Shown: one piece after another, positions 54,871 to 63,319 of the stretch
Layout of the letters: the number at the start of each line of letters is the position of its first letter
Position numbering within the stretch: the stretch's first letter is position 1
Notes under the pieces: generated by a model
Databases searched by the model: none
Told to the model about the DNA's origin: nothing
The model's input: the letters and a program-made list of their open reading frames with translations, nothing else
Source: Candidatus Saccharimonadales bacterium
Lineage (GTDB): Bacteria > Patescibacteriota > Saccharimonadia > Saccharimonadales > UBA4665
Direction: 5' to 3'
NCBI GenBank assembly: GCA_035758825.1
Contig: DASTWA010000009.1
Span: forward strand, 417-64,416
Length of the DNA: 64,000 bases
Program-made: the position numbers and the translations under genes

Positions 54871-55906
54871 TCTCTAGGCTAAGCTCAAAGCAGGCGCCGC
54901 CATCCTTGTTGTTCCTGGCGACCATCGTCGCTCCGTTTGCGCCGGCAATTTCGTTGGCAAGCGCCAAACCAAGCCCCAGGCCGGGTACCTGATTGGATCG
55001 CGCCTTGTCGCCGCGGTATAGCCTGTCAAAGATACGCGGCAAATCCTGCGCGGCTATGCCGGGTCCCTTATCTTTGACCGAGAGCATGTAGCGGGTCCCC
55101 TTCTTCCGCCCCTCGAAGAGCACTTCCCCACCCCGTGCCCCGTATTTGAGGGCGTTGTCCAGAAGAATATCGATGAGCTGCACAATACTGTCATGATGAG
55201 CCCAGACCCGGCCCGGAGCGATGTCCAAGTGAATGTTTACTGCCTTGGCGGCGGCAGTAGCCCTAAAAGGCATGGTAGCGGCATCAACCAGCTCCCTGAC
55301 AGCAAGCTGTGAACGTGTCAACGCAACCTGGCCGTACTGGTGGAGCGCCAGCAGATTCCCGGACAACCGCTCCAGCCGCTGCACTTCTTCCAGATTGCTC
55401 TCAAGCTGCTCCCTTGCCTCCTTTTCGGTGAAGTGTCTTTGCCGCAGAAACACCTCGTTCTCCAGCCGCATATTAGCAAGTGGCGTACGGAGCTCGTGGC
55501 TGGCATCCGCCGTGAACCTGGCCTGAGCCCCATGCGCCTCCTCGATCGGCTTAAGGGTGCGGCCCGCGAACCAGTAGCTCAGAATGCCGCCAACAATAAA
55601 AGCGCCCAGATTAATAATAAGCAGACCGTCGTTCAAGTGCTGGCGAACAATCTGCGCCTGGCCCTCCTGGATATCGGCAATACCCCGGTCCGGTTCCTTG
55701 GGTGGCGCGTCAAAAAAACGGATGACCCACTCGCGGACTTCGCTGCGCTGAACAGTATTGGAGCGCAAAAATTCGTGTTCGGCAAATACCCGGACACTCA
55801 ACGTGACTAACAAGTTGAATAAAACAATGATCCCCAAATAAAAAAACGTCAACTTAAGCCGCGCTGAACCGAACATGTTCAGCCGGTCAGTCCACCTTGT
55901 AGCCAT
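54860..55906 (-). CDS. sensor histidine kinase
   Basis: 348 aa with two TM segments, the H-box FTADASHELRTPLANM and N/G boxes (LLDNALKY, GLGLGLA). Confidence 0.9.
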   Translation of the reverse strand: MATRWTDRLNMFGSARLKLTFFYLGIIVLFNLLVTLSVRVFAEHEFLRSNTVQRSEVREWVIRFFDAPPKEPDRGIADIQEGQAQIVRQHLNDGLLIINLGAFIVGGILSYWFAGRTLKPIEEAHGAQARFTADASHELRTPLANMRLENEVFLRQRHFTEKEAREQLESNLEEVQRLERLSGNLLALHQYGQVALTRSQLAVRELVDAATMPFRATAAAKAVNIHLDIAPGRVWAHHDSIVQLIDILLDNALKYGARGGEVLFEGRKKGTRYMLSVKDKGPGIAAQDLPRIFDRLYRGDKARSNQVPGLGLGLALANEIAGANGATMVARNNKDGGACFELSLEIAV

Positions 55907-56549
55907 AACCCCGGACAGTGTGAATTATGTCTTTGCTCGCGCCCAGCTTCTTGCGTACGTTTGCGATAAATGTCTCGACGGTATTGTGCTGTACACGTTC
56001 TTCGTCATCCCAAACGTGGTCGAGCAACTGGTCCTTGCTGATTACCTCACCCTTATGGCGCATCAGGTATTCGATCAGCTGGAATTCTTTTGCCGTCAGA
56101 TGGATTGGTTTGCCCTGGCATTCGACGGCCTTGGCTACGACGTCAAGCAAAAGCCCTTCGGCGCGAAGGATGTTGCCGCCATGCGCCCGGGGACGCCGCA
56201 ACAGGGCACGGACCCGCGCGAGCAACTCGTCAAACGAAAACGGCTTTGGCAGATAGTCATCGGCACCAGCGTCAAGCCCAATAACCCGGTCACCGATAGT
56301 CGTACGGGCCGTTAAGATCAGGATTGGCGCCTGCTCGCCCTCCTCACGCCATAATTTTACAAGACCCGGCCCGTCATACTTGCCCGGTATCATCCAGTCC
56401 AAAAGCATAAGATCGTATGTATTGGCAGCGGCCAGTGCCTCGGCGCTGTCGCTATCGAAGGCAACGTCCACGACATATCCTTCGGACGCCAAACCTTTTT
56501 CCAGGCTCTTAGCGATTTTAACTTCGTCCTCAACAACAAGAATTCTCAT
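55887..56549 (-). CDS. OmpR-family response regulator
   Basis: 220 aa with a receiver domain (MRILVVEDE…DLMLLDWMIPG) and a winged-helix output domain. Confidence 0.95.
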   Translation of the reverse strand: MRILVVEDEVKIAKSLEKGLASEGYVVDVAFDSDSAEALAAANTYDLMLLDWMIPGKYDGPGLVKLWREEGEQAPILILTARTTIGDRVIGLDAGADDYLPKPFSFDELLARVRALLRRPRAHGGNILRAEGLLLDVVAKAVECQGKPIHLTAKEFQLIEYLMRHKGEVISKDQLLDHVWDDEERVQHNTVETFIANVRKKLGASKDIIHTVRGYGYKVD

Positions 56550-56600
56550 ATCTGTATAATAGCACCTCTGTACTGCATGCTGGCTGGAGAGCCCTGGTTA

Positions 56601-56954
56601 TCATCTTTTTACCAATTCTATAACATCGCAATCAGTCACGGCCTCCAGCTGATATTCTGTATCCTCTTGCGAGGTATACCCGACTCCCGGCTGAAGCGCG
56701 GTTTTGACCAGCCCTTCCCGCTCATCCTCATAGACAATAAATCCCTTGCCGCTCACGATAAACCAACTTCGCTGTTTGCCGGAATCGATCGTCAGCTGGG
56801 CTTGTTCGCCTTTTTCGACATGGATCAGACCGTTGATGCACGAACCGGAGGACGGATCCGGGTACAAACGGAAGCCCCAGGGGCGTTCAAGGCGTTTAAT
56901 GTCTCCTGAAATACTAACCGAGGGATGAAATGCGGGAATTTGCTGATCTTCCAT
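56601..56954 (-). CDS. cupin-domain protein
   Basis: 117 aa with a beta-barrel-like pattern (…RPWGF…HVEKGEQAQL…WFIVSGKG…). It lies downstream of the PGI/PMI gene. Confidence 0.6.
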   Translation of the reverse strand: MEDQQIPAFHPSVSISGDIKRLERPWGFRLYPDPSSGSCINGLIHVEKGEQAQLTIDSGKQRSWFIVSGKGFIVYEDEREGLVKTALQPGVGYTSQEDTEYQLEAVTDCDVIELVKR

Positions 56955-56963
56955 AATCGTTTC

Positions 56964-57992
56964 TTAGGCGTTTAGTTCTACTTTTAGCTTTTCTACCAAA
57001 TCGACCGGCGTAGGGTTGACGCCGTTCAGGAGGGCCAGATATACACTGACGAAGTCTCCCATAGCAATGCTCCAGAGCAACTGCTTGAGCAGCGTGTCAC
57101 CCTCCGGCTTAACCACGATCGGCGCAGGACGGTTACCGGAGAGCAGACGTTCCGAAACTTCGAACCGCTTAAGGATCCTGGGATGCTCAAGGTCCGACCG
57201 GATCTCGACGACGGCGAACGGTTTTTCGATCGGATGGCTCGACCAGCCAATGAACTCGTTATGGTTAAATTCCGGGTACTGGTTACACCAGGCGGTATTC
57301 TTGGCGTTTTCGTTCATGCAGATTTTCCACTTGTTGGCGGCCGGGAATAGCAAGGGGCCTCCGTACATGATGACCGTCTTGCCCATGAGTTCTTGGGCGA
57401 TTTGCTTGGCACGGTTCTGCGCCGTCGGAATCGTCGGCGCCAGCTTGGCGAGCTCGGCCCGGAGCCATTCACTGGCCTCTGCCAGCTCGGAGCCGTCGCT
57501 TACCGTAAGCCCGAGCGGTGACAAAATTTTTACAAAAGCATTCAAAAAATAAAAAGTCGCCATCCGTGGCTGGATGCCGCTTGGGATTGCGTACAGCGGA
57601 TAATTCTTTTCTTTGGCGATGTCGGCGAGCTTGCCGCCGGCGGCAATAATAACAATCTGGGCACCCCGTTCTTCGGCATGCATCAGCGCTTCTAGCGTCT
57701 CTTCGGTATTGCCGGAGTAACTCGACGAAATAAAAAGAGTATTCTCATGTACGTATGGCGGAAGGCTATAGCCGCGGACAATCTCGAACGGCACCCTTAC
57801 CTGTGGCCACGAGGCCATAATGACGCCTGGGAGCGCCGAACCGCCCATCCCGGCAAGAACAACGTTCTGGATCGTACTGGAAGGTGTAAAATTTGCATCA
57901 AACTCCCTGCTCAAGTACTGCCACTGCTTTTCGCAGACACCCAAAGCATCCTGCGGGTCTTTCTCGTGGATCAGTTTGAGGTCGTCTAACAT
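56964..57992 (-). CDS. bifunctional phosphoglucose/phosphomannose isomerase (SIS domains)
   Basis: 342 aa with GMGGSALPG, SYSGNTEET and a C-terminal PGI/PMI-type region. Confidence 0.8.
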   Translation of the reverse strand: MLDDLKLIHEKDPQDALGVCEKQWQYLSREFDANFTPSSTIQNVVLAGMGGSALPGVIMASWPQVRVPFEIVRGYSLPPYVHENTLFISSSYSGNTEETLEALMHAEERGAQIVIIAAGGKLADIAKEKNYPLYAIPSGIQPRMATFYFLNAFVKILSPLGLTVSDGSELAEASEWLRAELAKLAPTIPTAQNRAKQIAQELMGKTVIMYGGPLLFPAANKWKICMNENAKNTAWCNQYPEFNHNEFIGWSSHPIEKPFAVVEIRSDLEHPRILKRFEVSERLLSGNRPAPIVVKPEGDTLLKQLLWSIAMGDFVSVYLALLNGVNPTPVDLVEKLKVELNA

Positions 57993-58064
57993 AGAATACT
58001 CCTTGTGCTATTATGTTAGTGTCATTAGTATAGTCTAAGTAAGCAAATTAGTGGGGGGAACATT

Positions 58065-58586
58065 ATGTTCGGGCACGATGATCAATCTCAACACCACGAT
58101 GTCGCCAATCAGCCGGCACCCGCTGGTGACGATAGCGGGTTAACACAGGATGACCAAGCACTTGCGGATGCAGCTACAACAACCGATACAGCCGGGGAAT
58201 ACATTGACTCGGATACGCCGACAGTCACCACGCCTACACCTGGTGCGCCAGTAGCGGCCACGGACGGCGTAGCTACTGTTGCACCATCAGCCACTCCGGC
58301 CACGGTCACTTCTGCAGCAGATAGCGACAGCCTACTGGGCATTAAGCAGCAGGCCTTGCAGCAACTTACGCCGCTTGTAGGGCATCTTGAGCAAAGCGCC
58401 GAAGAAAAGTTCCGTACTACCATGATGATGATCCAGGCTTCAGACAACCCCTCACTAATCAAGACTGCCTACGATGCAGCCCTGCAAATTACCGACGAAA
58501 AAATCCGCGCGCAGGCTCTGCTCGACATCGTTAACGAAATCAATTACTTCACACATAACAATAACGACGGCAGCGCCGGCGTTTAG
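58065..58586 (+). CDS. hypothetical protein with acidic Thr/Ala/Pro-rich N-terminal half
   Basis: 173-aa ORF upstream of the sortase gene, with a GGGGGA RBS. Confidence 0.5.
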   Translation: MFGHDDQSQHHDVANQPAPAGDDSGLTQDDQALADAATTTDTAGEYIDSDTPTVTTPTPGAPVAATDGVATVAPSATPATVTSAADSDSLLGIKQQALQQLTPLVGHLEQSAEEKFRTTMMMIQASDNPSLIKTAYDAALQITDEKIRAQALLDIVNEINYFTHNNNDGSAGV

Positions 58587-58606
58587 TCCGCCAAAGGTAG
58601 TTTGAT

Positions 58607-59194
58607 ATGCTATCGCACGTGAAACTTGCACGTGTTAATACTTTATTGCTAGCCGCAATCTTAGCAATTAATGGCTATATCGTATTGGTTCCTGTCATAC
58701 CCAAGATTATTTTCTGGACACAGCAACACGACACACGGCGCATCCAAAGACTGGAGGCGGCCATTACCCATCCCCCCATAAAGGAAGAACGACCCCGGGA
58801 CAACCGGCTGGTCATACCCACTATGGTTTTTGACGAGTCCATCCACGAAGGCCATAGCGAGCGTACCCTCCGGCAAGGTCTTTGGCGCCGCCCCCAAACA
58901 AGCACGCCAGACCAAGGGGGCAACACCGTCCTCGCCGGGCACCGTTTAACCTACAGCAACCCGCGCGGAACGTTATACAATCTCGATAAAGTCCGCGTTG
59001 GCGACGATATAGCACTGTGGTGGGAGGGCAAGCGATACCACTACCAAGTAAGCGAATCCAGAGTAGTAGCCGCGAGCGAAACGAGCGTCGAAGAGCCTAC
59101 CAAAAACAGCCGGCTGACAATTTACACCTGTACGCCCCTATGGATGCCAAAAGACAGGCTGGTCGTAATTGCAGAGCTAAAGGACATACAATGA
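58607..59194 (+). CDS. sortase
   Basis: 195 aa with an N-terminal TM anchor, the catalytic His in NTVLAGHR, the TLxTC-type LTIYTCTP and a downstream Arg (KDRLVV). Confidence 0.8.
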   Translation: MLSHVKLARVNTLLLAAILAINGYIVLVPVIPKIIFWTQQHDTRRIQRLEAAITHPPIKEERPRDNRLVIPTMVFDESIHEGHSERTLRQGLWRRPQTSTPDQGGNTVLAGHRLTYSNPRGTLYNLDKVRVGDDIALWWEGKRYHYQVSESRVVAASETSVEEPTKNSRLTIYTCTPLWMPKDRLVVIAELKDIQ

Positions 59195-59295
59195 GCGAAA
59201 AAATAAAATTCGTCATCTTGCTTGCTCTGCTTATAGCCAGCCTTGCCCTCCTCTGGCTGGCAAACAATTCGGCGAACGACGTTATCTTTAACTAA
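59191..59295 (+). CDS. 34-aa hydrophobic mini-protein coupled to sortase
   Basis: It has an ATGA overlap with the sortase stop. The sequence is MSEKIKFVILLALLIASLALLWLANNSANDVIFN. Confidence 0.35.
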   Translation: MSEKIKFVILLALLIASLALLWLANNSANDVIFN

Positions 59296-59600
59296 TCGTC
59301 TTGTCGTGGACGTTCGGTGGCGGCGCCAGCCTCCTCGGTAGTCTGCAGCACTTCTTGCACGACCGGTTTCCTGCGCCAAATACGCACAATGAGGCTTACA
59401 AAGATGATAAAGCATGCCAGCGTGATGATCGCGGCTACGGCGATACCAGTGTCCGTTAGCCCGGAGCCCGAAGGACTACCGGTTACGCTGCCCGCACTAC
59501 ACGTTCCAGCTTGCTGTTGCTCGGTCGTACAGGAATAGTTGCCTTCGCCATAAGCTCCTTCGCTGTAGGCTTGGCCGAAATAGAAAGAATAGTATTTCAT
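59292..59600 (-). CDS. small single-pass protein with sorting-signal-like segment
   Basis: 102 aa with …GSGLTDTG-IAVAAIITLACFIIFVSLIV-RIWRRK… followed by an acidic tail. There is no N-terminal signal peptide. Confidence 0.5.
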   Translation of the reverse strand: MKYYSFYFGQAYSEGAYGEGNYSCTTEQQQAGTCSAGSVTGSPSGSGLTDTGIAVAAIITLACFIIFVSLIVRIWRRKPVVQEVLQTTEEAGAATERPRQDD

Positions 59601-59681
59601 AAGTGGAAAGTCTTTACATTACTGATCACGCTTATGATATCATGAGGAAGGTTATTAGCGATAATATTAAGTGAGGGTCAT

Positions 59682-59897
59682 ATGTTTAGCCAATTTGGGT
59701 TCCTAAACCTCGGCGCACCAGAGCTTTTACTTATCTTTCTAATCGTGCTTTTGCTCTTCGGTGGCAAGAAAATCCCTGAGCTGGCACGTAGTGCAGGATC
59801 ATCAGTCCGCGAACTCCGGAAAGGTTTGAGTGAAGGTGGCAATGAAAAGAACCAAAAGCAAACCAACGAGAAGGCACGCTCAGACTCAGCCTCATAA
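59682..59897 (+). CDS. tatA: twin-arginine translocase subunit TatA/E
   Basis: 71 aa. The N-terminus is MFSQFGFLNLGAPELLLIFLIVLLLFGGKKIPELARSAG, followed by an amphipathic helix. Confidence 0.9.
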   Translation: MFSQFGFLNLGAPELLLIFLIVLLLFGGKKIPELARSAGSSVRELRKGLSEGGNEKNQKQTNEKARSDSAS

Positions 59898-60855
59898 GCA
59901 AGAGCCGACTAAACTTCCCTTTATTGCACACGTGTACGAACTGCGTAAACGGCTATTTTATATAGCCGTTTCAGTTGGTTTATTCGGTATTAGCGCTGCA
60001 GGCGTTCAGACGCAGCTCACCGATCTCCTGTTAAAACCAGCAAATGGCCAGCAGTTCATCTACACGTCACCGGGTGGTGGGTTTGATTTTGTCTTTAAGC
60101 TGTGCCTTTACACTGGCATTGCAATGAGCATCCCGGTCATTGTGTATCAGCTTGTCCGCTATCTTGACCCCCTGGTCAAAAAGCAGACAATGCATTTTAT
60201 CGGCTGGCTGAGCATCTGGTCGGGCATCATGGCGGGAGCAGGCATTATCTTTGCTTATTACGTTGGCCTGCCTGCAGCGCTCAACTTCTTATTGCATGGC
60301 TTTTCGAGCGAACAGATCAAGGCGCTCATAAACATCCAATCATACCTGTCGTTTGTTATGATCTATTTGCTTGGCTCTGCTCTGCTCTTCCAGATCCCGC
60401 TCATAATGATCTTCATTAACAAAATAAAACCATTGCAACCCAAAAAGCTCATGAAGCTCCAAAAATGGGTGTTTTTGATTGCCTTTATCCTGGGGGCAAT
60501 AATCAGTCCTTCGCCGGATATCCGTAACCAGGCGCTCCTTAGCGGCCCGATTATCATTATGTACGAATTCAGCGTGGGCCTTATCTGGTCCATAAACCGC
60601 AGACAGCGGAAGCCCAAAAAAGTTGTCGCCCTGCTCCAAAAAGATGCCGAGATTCAAGCCGAACGGCTGGCAAAATTCCAGCAGGCACAACAAATCTGGC
60701 AACAGGCCCTGCAAACCCAACCGGCACACAACAAACCAGCAGCCGCGACGACCATTCGGCGTGCTCCACTATCTGTACGTCCCACCGGCCGCCCCAATAA
60801 TTATTTACGCGACTTTAGCCGGCAGCCTCAACGACGATTCGTAAACCCCGCGTAA
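59842..60855 (+). CDS. tatC: twin-arginine translocase subunit TatC
   Basis: The start is set at ATG 59842, preceded by GAAGGTGG. The protein has six TM segments and HVYELRKRL near the N-terminus. The C-terminal ~75 aa are a Gln/Arg/Pro-rich extension. Confidence 0.9.
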   Translation: MKRTKSKPTRRHAQTQPHKQEPTKLPFIAHVYELRKRLFYIAVSVGLFGISAAGVQTQLTDLLLKPANGQQFIYTSPGGGFDFVFKLCLYTGIAMSIPVIVYQLVRYLDPLVKKQTMHFIGWLSIWSGIMAGAGIIFAYYVGLPAALNFLLHGFSSEQIKALINIQSYLSFVMIYLLGSALLFQIPLIMIFINKIKPLQPKKLMKLQKWVFLIAFILGAIISPSPDIRNQALLSGPIIIMYEFSVGLIWSINRRQRKPKKVVALLQKDAEIQAERLAKFQQAQQIWQQALQTQPAHNKPAAATTIRRAPLSVRPTGRPNNYLRDFSRQPQRRFVNPA

Positions 60856-60871
60856 CTAAGCAGGCTAATAT

Positions 60872-60901
60872 TTGACAAGCCGCTTTTGCTTGTCTTACAA
60901 T
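60872..60901 (+). promoter_or_regulatory. sigma70-type promoter of the small Tat-signal ORF
   Basis: TTGACA-18 nt-TACAAT, about 48 nt upstream of ATG 60949. It overlaps a gacaagc/gcttgtc hairpin. Confidence 0.5.
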
Positions 60902-60948
60902 TCTCATAAGTTGCAAAAATAAAAATCTAAGTATAGAGGAAACAAAAG

Positions 60949-61143
60949 ATGCAAAAAATTTCCGACATCATGCAAAAAGAGATGACTCGCAAAGAGTTCC
61001 TTGCAACACTTGGTTTTGGCGTTGCCACAATTTTTGGGTTCTCCTCCCTATTGCAGATGTTAGGCAAACAAAACCCGCTCCAGCAATCATCGCAGTATGG
61101 CTACGGCGGTGGCACTTATGGCGGCCACAAACCCCGTTCCTAA
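60949..61143 (+). CDS. 64-aa protein with Tat-like signal and Gly/Tyr-rich tail
   Basis: An AGAGGA RBS precedes it. The sequence is …MTRKEFLATLGFGVATIFGFSSLLQMLG-KQNPLQQSSQYGYGGGTYGGHKPRS. A strong terminator follows. Confidence 0.5.
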   Translation: MQKISDIMQKEMTRKEFLATLGFGVATIFGFSSLLQMLGKQNPLQQSSQYGYGGGTYGGHKPRS

Positions 61144-61192
61144 CCCACTGGCAGAGCGGCGCGTAACAGTACACATTACGCACGACACAAAC

Positions 61193-61218
61193 AAAAGACC
61201 GGGTTCCCCCGGTCTTTT
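61193..61218. terminator. bidirectional intrinsic terminator between the small ORF and groEL
   Basis: aaaagaccggg-ttcc-cccggtctttt forms a perfect 11-bp stem. It is flanked by A-runs and T-runs on both sides. Confidence 0.75.
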
Positions 61219-61236
61219 GTTTTAGCCAAAGATGGG

Positions 61237-62883
61237 CTACATCATGCCCATGCCCCCCATGTCTGGGGCAGCAGAAGCTGACTTCTCTTCTGGGACCTCG
61301 ACTACCAAGGCGCCCATCGTCATGCTGGTGCCGGCAATCGATACCGCATTAAGCAAGGCTTCCTTGGTTACACGGGCCGGGTCGACTACGCCACTCGCCT
61401 TCATGTCTACGAGCTTAGTTGGGTCGTTGACATTGATACCGTGGCCAGGCTTGCCAGCCTTAACCTGCGGCAGCCACTCATCAGCGTTCAGGCCGGCGTT
61501 GGTTAACAGAATGCGGAATGGTTGCTCAAGCGCGTTCTTGAGGAGCATCTTACCGGCGGCAATTGCGGCGTCATCGTCATTCGAGGTAGCGATGGTCGAC
61601 GACAGGTTGACCAGGGTTACGCCACCACCGGGCACAATACCTTCCGCCAAGGCAGCCTTGACGGCGGCGACAGCGTCATCGACGCGGAATTTCTTCTCTT
61701 CGATTTCGGTTTCGGTAGCGCCACCAACCTTGATAACGGCAACCTTGCCGCTAAGGGCGGCGCGTCGCTTTTCGAACTGCTCACGGTCGTATTCGCTGCT
61801 AGCAGCCTCGACTTGAGCGCTGATTTGCTTGATGCGGGCCTGTACGTCGGCAGCAGAGCCGGAGCCTTCGATAATGGTTGTCTCGTCCTTGCCGACGATT
61901 ACCTTGCGGGCAGTACCAACCATACTCAGGTCAGCATTTTCAAAATCAAAACCTTTGTCTTCGGTAATGACAGTCGCCCCTGTTAGAGTGGCGATGTCCT
62001 CAAGGATTTCCTTGCGACGGTCACCAAAAGCCGGAGCCTTGACGGCGACAGTGTTAAATACACCTTTCAGGCGGTTCAATACCAAGGTAGCCAACGCTTC
62101 ACCTTCGAGATCTTCAGCGACAATCACCAGGTCTTTCTTGCCGGCTTGAGCAAGTTTCTCGAGGAGTGGCAGGAATTCCTGGACTGAGCTGATCTTCTTG
62201 TCGGTCACTACAATCGCCGGCTTGTCATATACGGCTTCCATGCGGGCAGTGTCGGTAACCATCAGGGCGCTTACGAAACCGCGGTCAAAGGTAAAGCCCT
62301 CAACGACTTCGCTTTCCAGGGCCAGGGCCTGACCCTCTTCGACAGTAACAACGCCGTCGCGGCCGACCTTGTCCATAATATCAGCAATCAGCTGGCCAAT
62401 CTCGGCGTCGCCGGCAGAGATAGTAGCTACCTCAGCGATACGCTTCTTGTTGGCAGCAATATCCTCACGCATGCCATCGAGTTTTTCCATAACATCGTGG
62501 GCGGCAGCCTCAAGGCCTTTGCGAAGGAGCATCGGATTGTGGCCGGCGGCAATCAGCTTATTGGCTTCGCTTAGGATGTTGTAGGTTAGGACGGTTACGG
62601 TCGTCGTACCGTCACCGGCGACGTCGTTCATCTTGGAGGCGGCTTGCTTAATCAGCTCGGCACCGACCTTGTAGCCCAAGGTCTCGTCGTCAACATCACC
62701 AATTTCAACGCCCTTCGCGACTGTTACGCCATCATGGGTGACAGTCGGAGCGCCGTAGCTCTTACTAATGACTACATTGCGGCCCTTAGGTCCCATGGTA
62801 GTCTTTACTGCGTCATACAGAATCTGAGCCCCGGCCAGCACACGGCGGCGGGCGTCATCATCATAAAATACTTTCTTTGCCAT
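61237..62883 (-). CDS. groL: chaperonin GroEL
   Basis: 548 aa with AKKVFYDDDARRRV…, GDGTTTVTVL and the C-terminal GGMGMM. Confidence 0.98.
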   Translation of the reverse strand: MAKKVFYDDDARRRVLAGAQILYDAVKTTMGPKGRNVVISKSYGAPTVTHDGVTVAKGVEIGDVDDETLGYKVGAELIKQAASKMNDVAGDGTTTVTVLTYNILSEANKLIAAGHNPMLLRKGLEAAAHDVMEKLDGMREDIAANKKRIAEVATISAGDAEIGQLIADIMDKVGRDGVVTVEEGQALALESEVVEGFTFDRGFVSALMVTDTARMEAVYDKPAIVVTDKKISSVQEFLPLLEKLAQAGKKDLVIVAEDLEGEALATLVLNRLKGVFNTVAVKAPAFGDRRKEILEDIATLTGATVITEDKGFDFENADLSMVGTARKVIVGKDETTIIEGSGSAADVQARIKQISAQVEAASSEYDREQFEKRRAALSGKVAVIKVGGATETEIEEKKFRVDDAVAAVKAALAEGIVPGGGVTLVNLSSTIATSNDDDAAIAAGKMLLKNALEQPFRILLTNAGLNADEWLPQVKAGKPGHGINVNDPTKLVDMKASGVVDPARVTKEALLNAVSIAGTSMTMGALVVEVPEEKSASAAPDMGGMGMM

Positions 62884-62900
62884 ACTGATCTGCTCCCTTT

Positions 62901-63170
62901 CTACTTAACAATCGCAACAATATTTTTCTTGTATACAATTGTGTACTCGTCGCCGTCTACCTTGACGGTCGTGGCTTCGTACTCATTCTTGTATAGGATA
63001 CGGTCGCCGACTTTGACGCCCTCAACTTCTTTGCCAACAGCCACAACCTTAGCCACCTTTGGCTTTTCGGCTGCACCCCCTGGCAAATAAATACCGCTGG
63101 CGGTCTTGGTTTGTGGCTCTTCGGCCTGCGTGACCACATAGTCTGCGAGAGGTTGTACTTTGACACTCAT
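62901..63170 (-). CDS. groS: co-chaperonin GroES
   Basis: 89 aa with VKVQPLADYVVTQAEE…ASGIYLP…KVVAVG… An AAGAGGAG RBS precedes it. Confidence 0.95.
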   Translation of the reverse strand: MSVKVQPLADYVVTQAEEPQTKTASGIYLPGGAAEKPKVAKVVAVGKEVEGVKVGDRILYKNEYEATTVKVDGDEYTIVYKKNIVAIVK

Positions 63171-63215
63171 AGTTGTTAACTCCTCTTTTTATAACTGTTT
63201 TGAATGTAAGAGAGT

Positions 63216-63242
63216 TAGCACTCAACGATTGAAAGTGCCAAC
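63216..63242 (-). promoter_or_regulatory. CIRCE-like inverted repeat (HrcA operator type) in the groES 5' UTR
   Basis: The plus strand reads TTAGCACTC-N9-AAGTGCCAA, compared with the consensus TTAGCACTC-N9-GAGTGCTAA. The left arm is perfect and the right arm matches 7/9. Confidence 0.55.
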
Positions 63243-63246
63243 TCGT

Positions 63247-63273
63247 CAGCACTCACTATAGTCAAGCGCTAAT
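63247..63273 (-). promoter_or_regulatory. second, weaker CIRCE-like repeat overlapping the groES -10
   Basis: TCAGCACTC-N9-AAGCGCTAA, with the same 9-N9-9 geometry, lies 4 nt from the first element. Confidence 0.4.
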
Positions 63274-63284
63274 TGCTCGTCAAG
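63256..63284 (-). promoter_or_regulatory. sigma70-type promoter of groES-groEL
   Basis: The minus strand reads TTGACG-17 nt-TATAGT. Confidence 0.55.
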
Positions 63285-63319
63285 ACACAAGTGTTAACTC
63301 CGAAGTGCGGTCGCATCCT

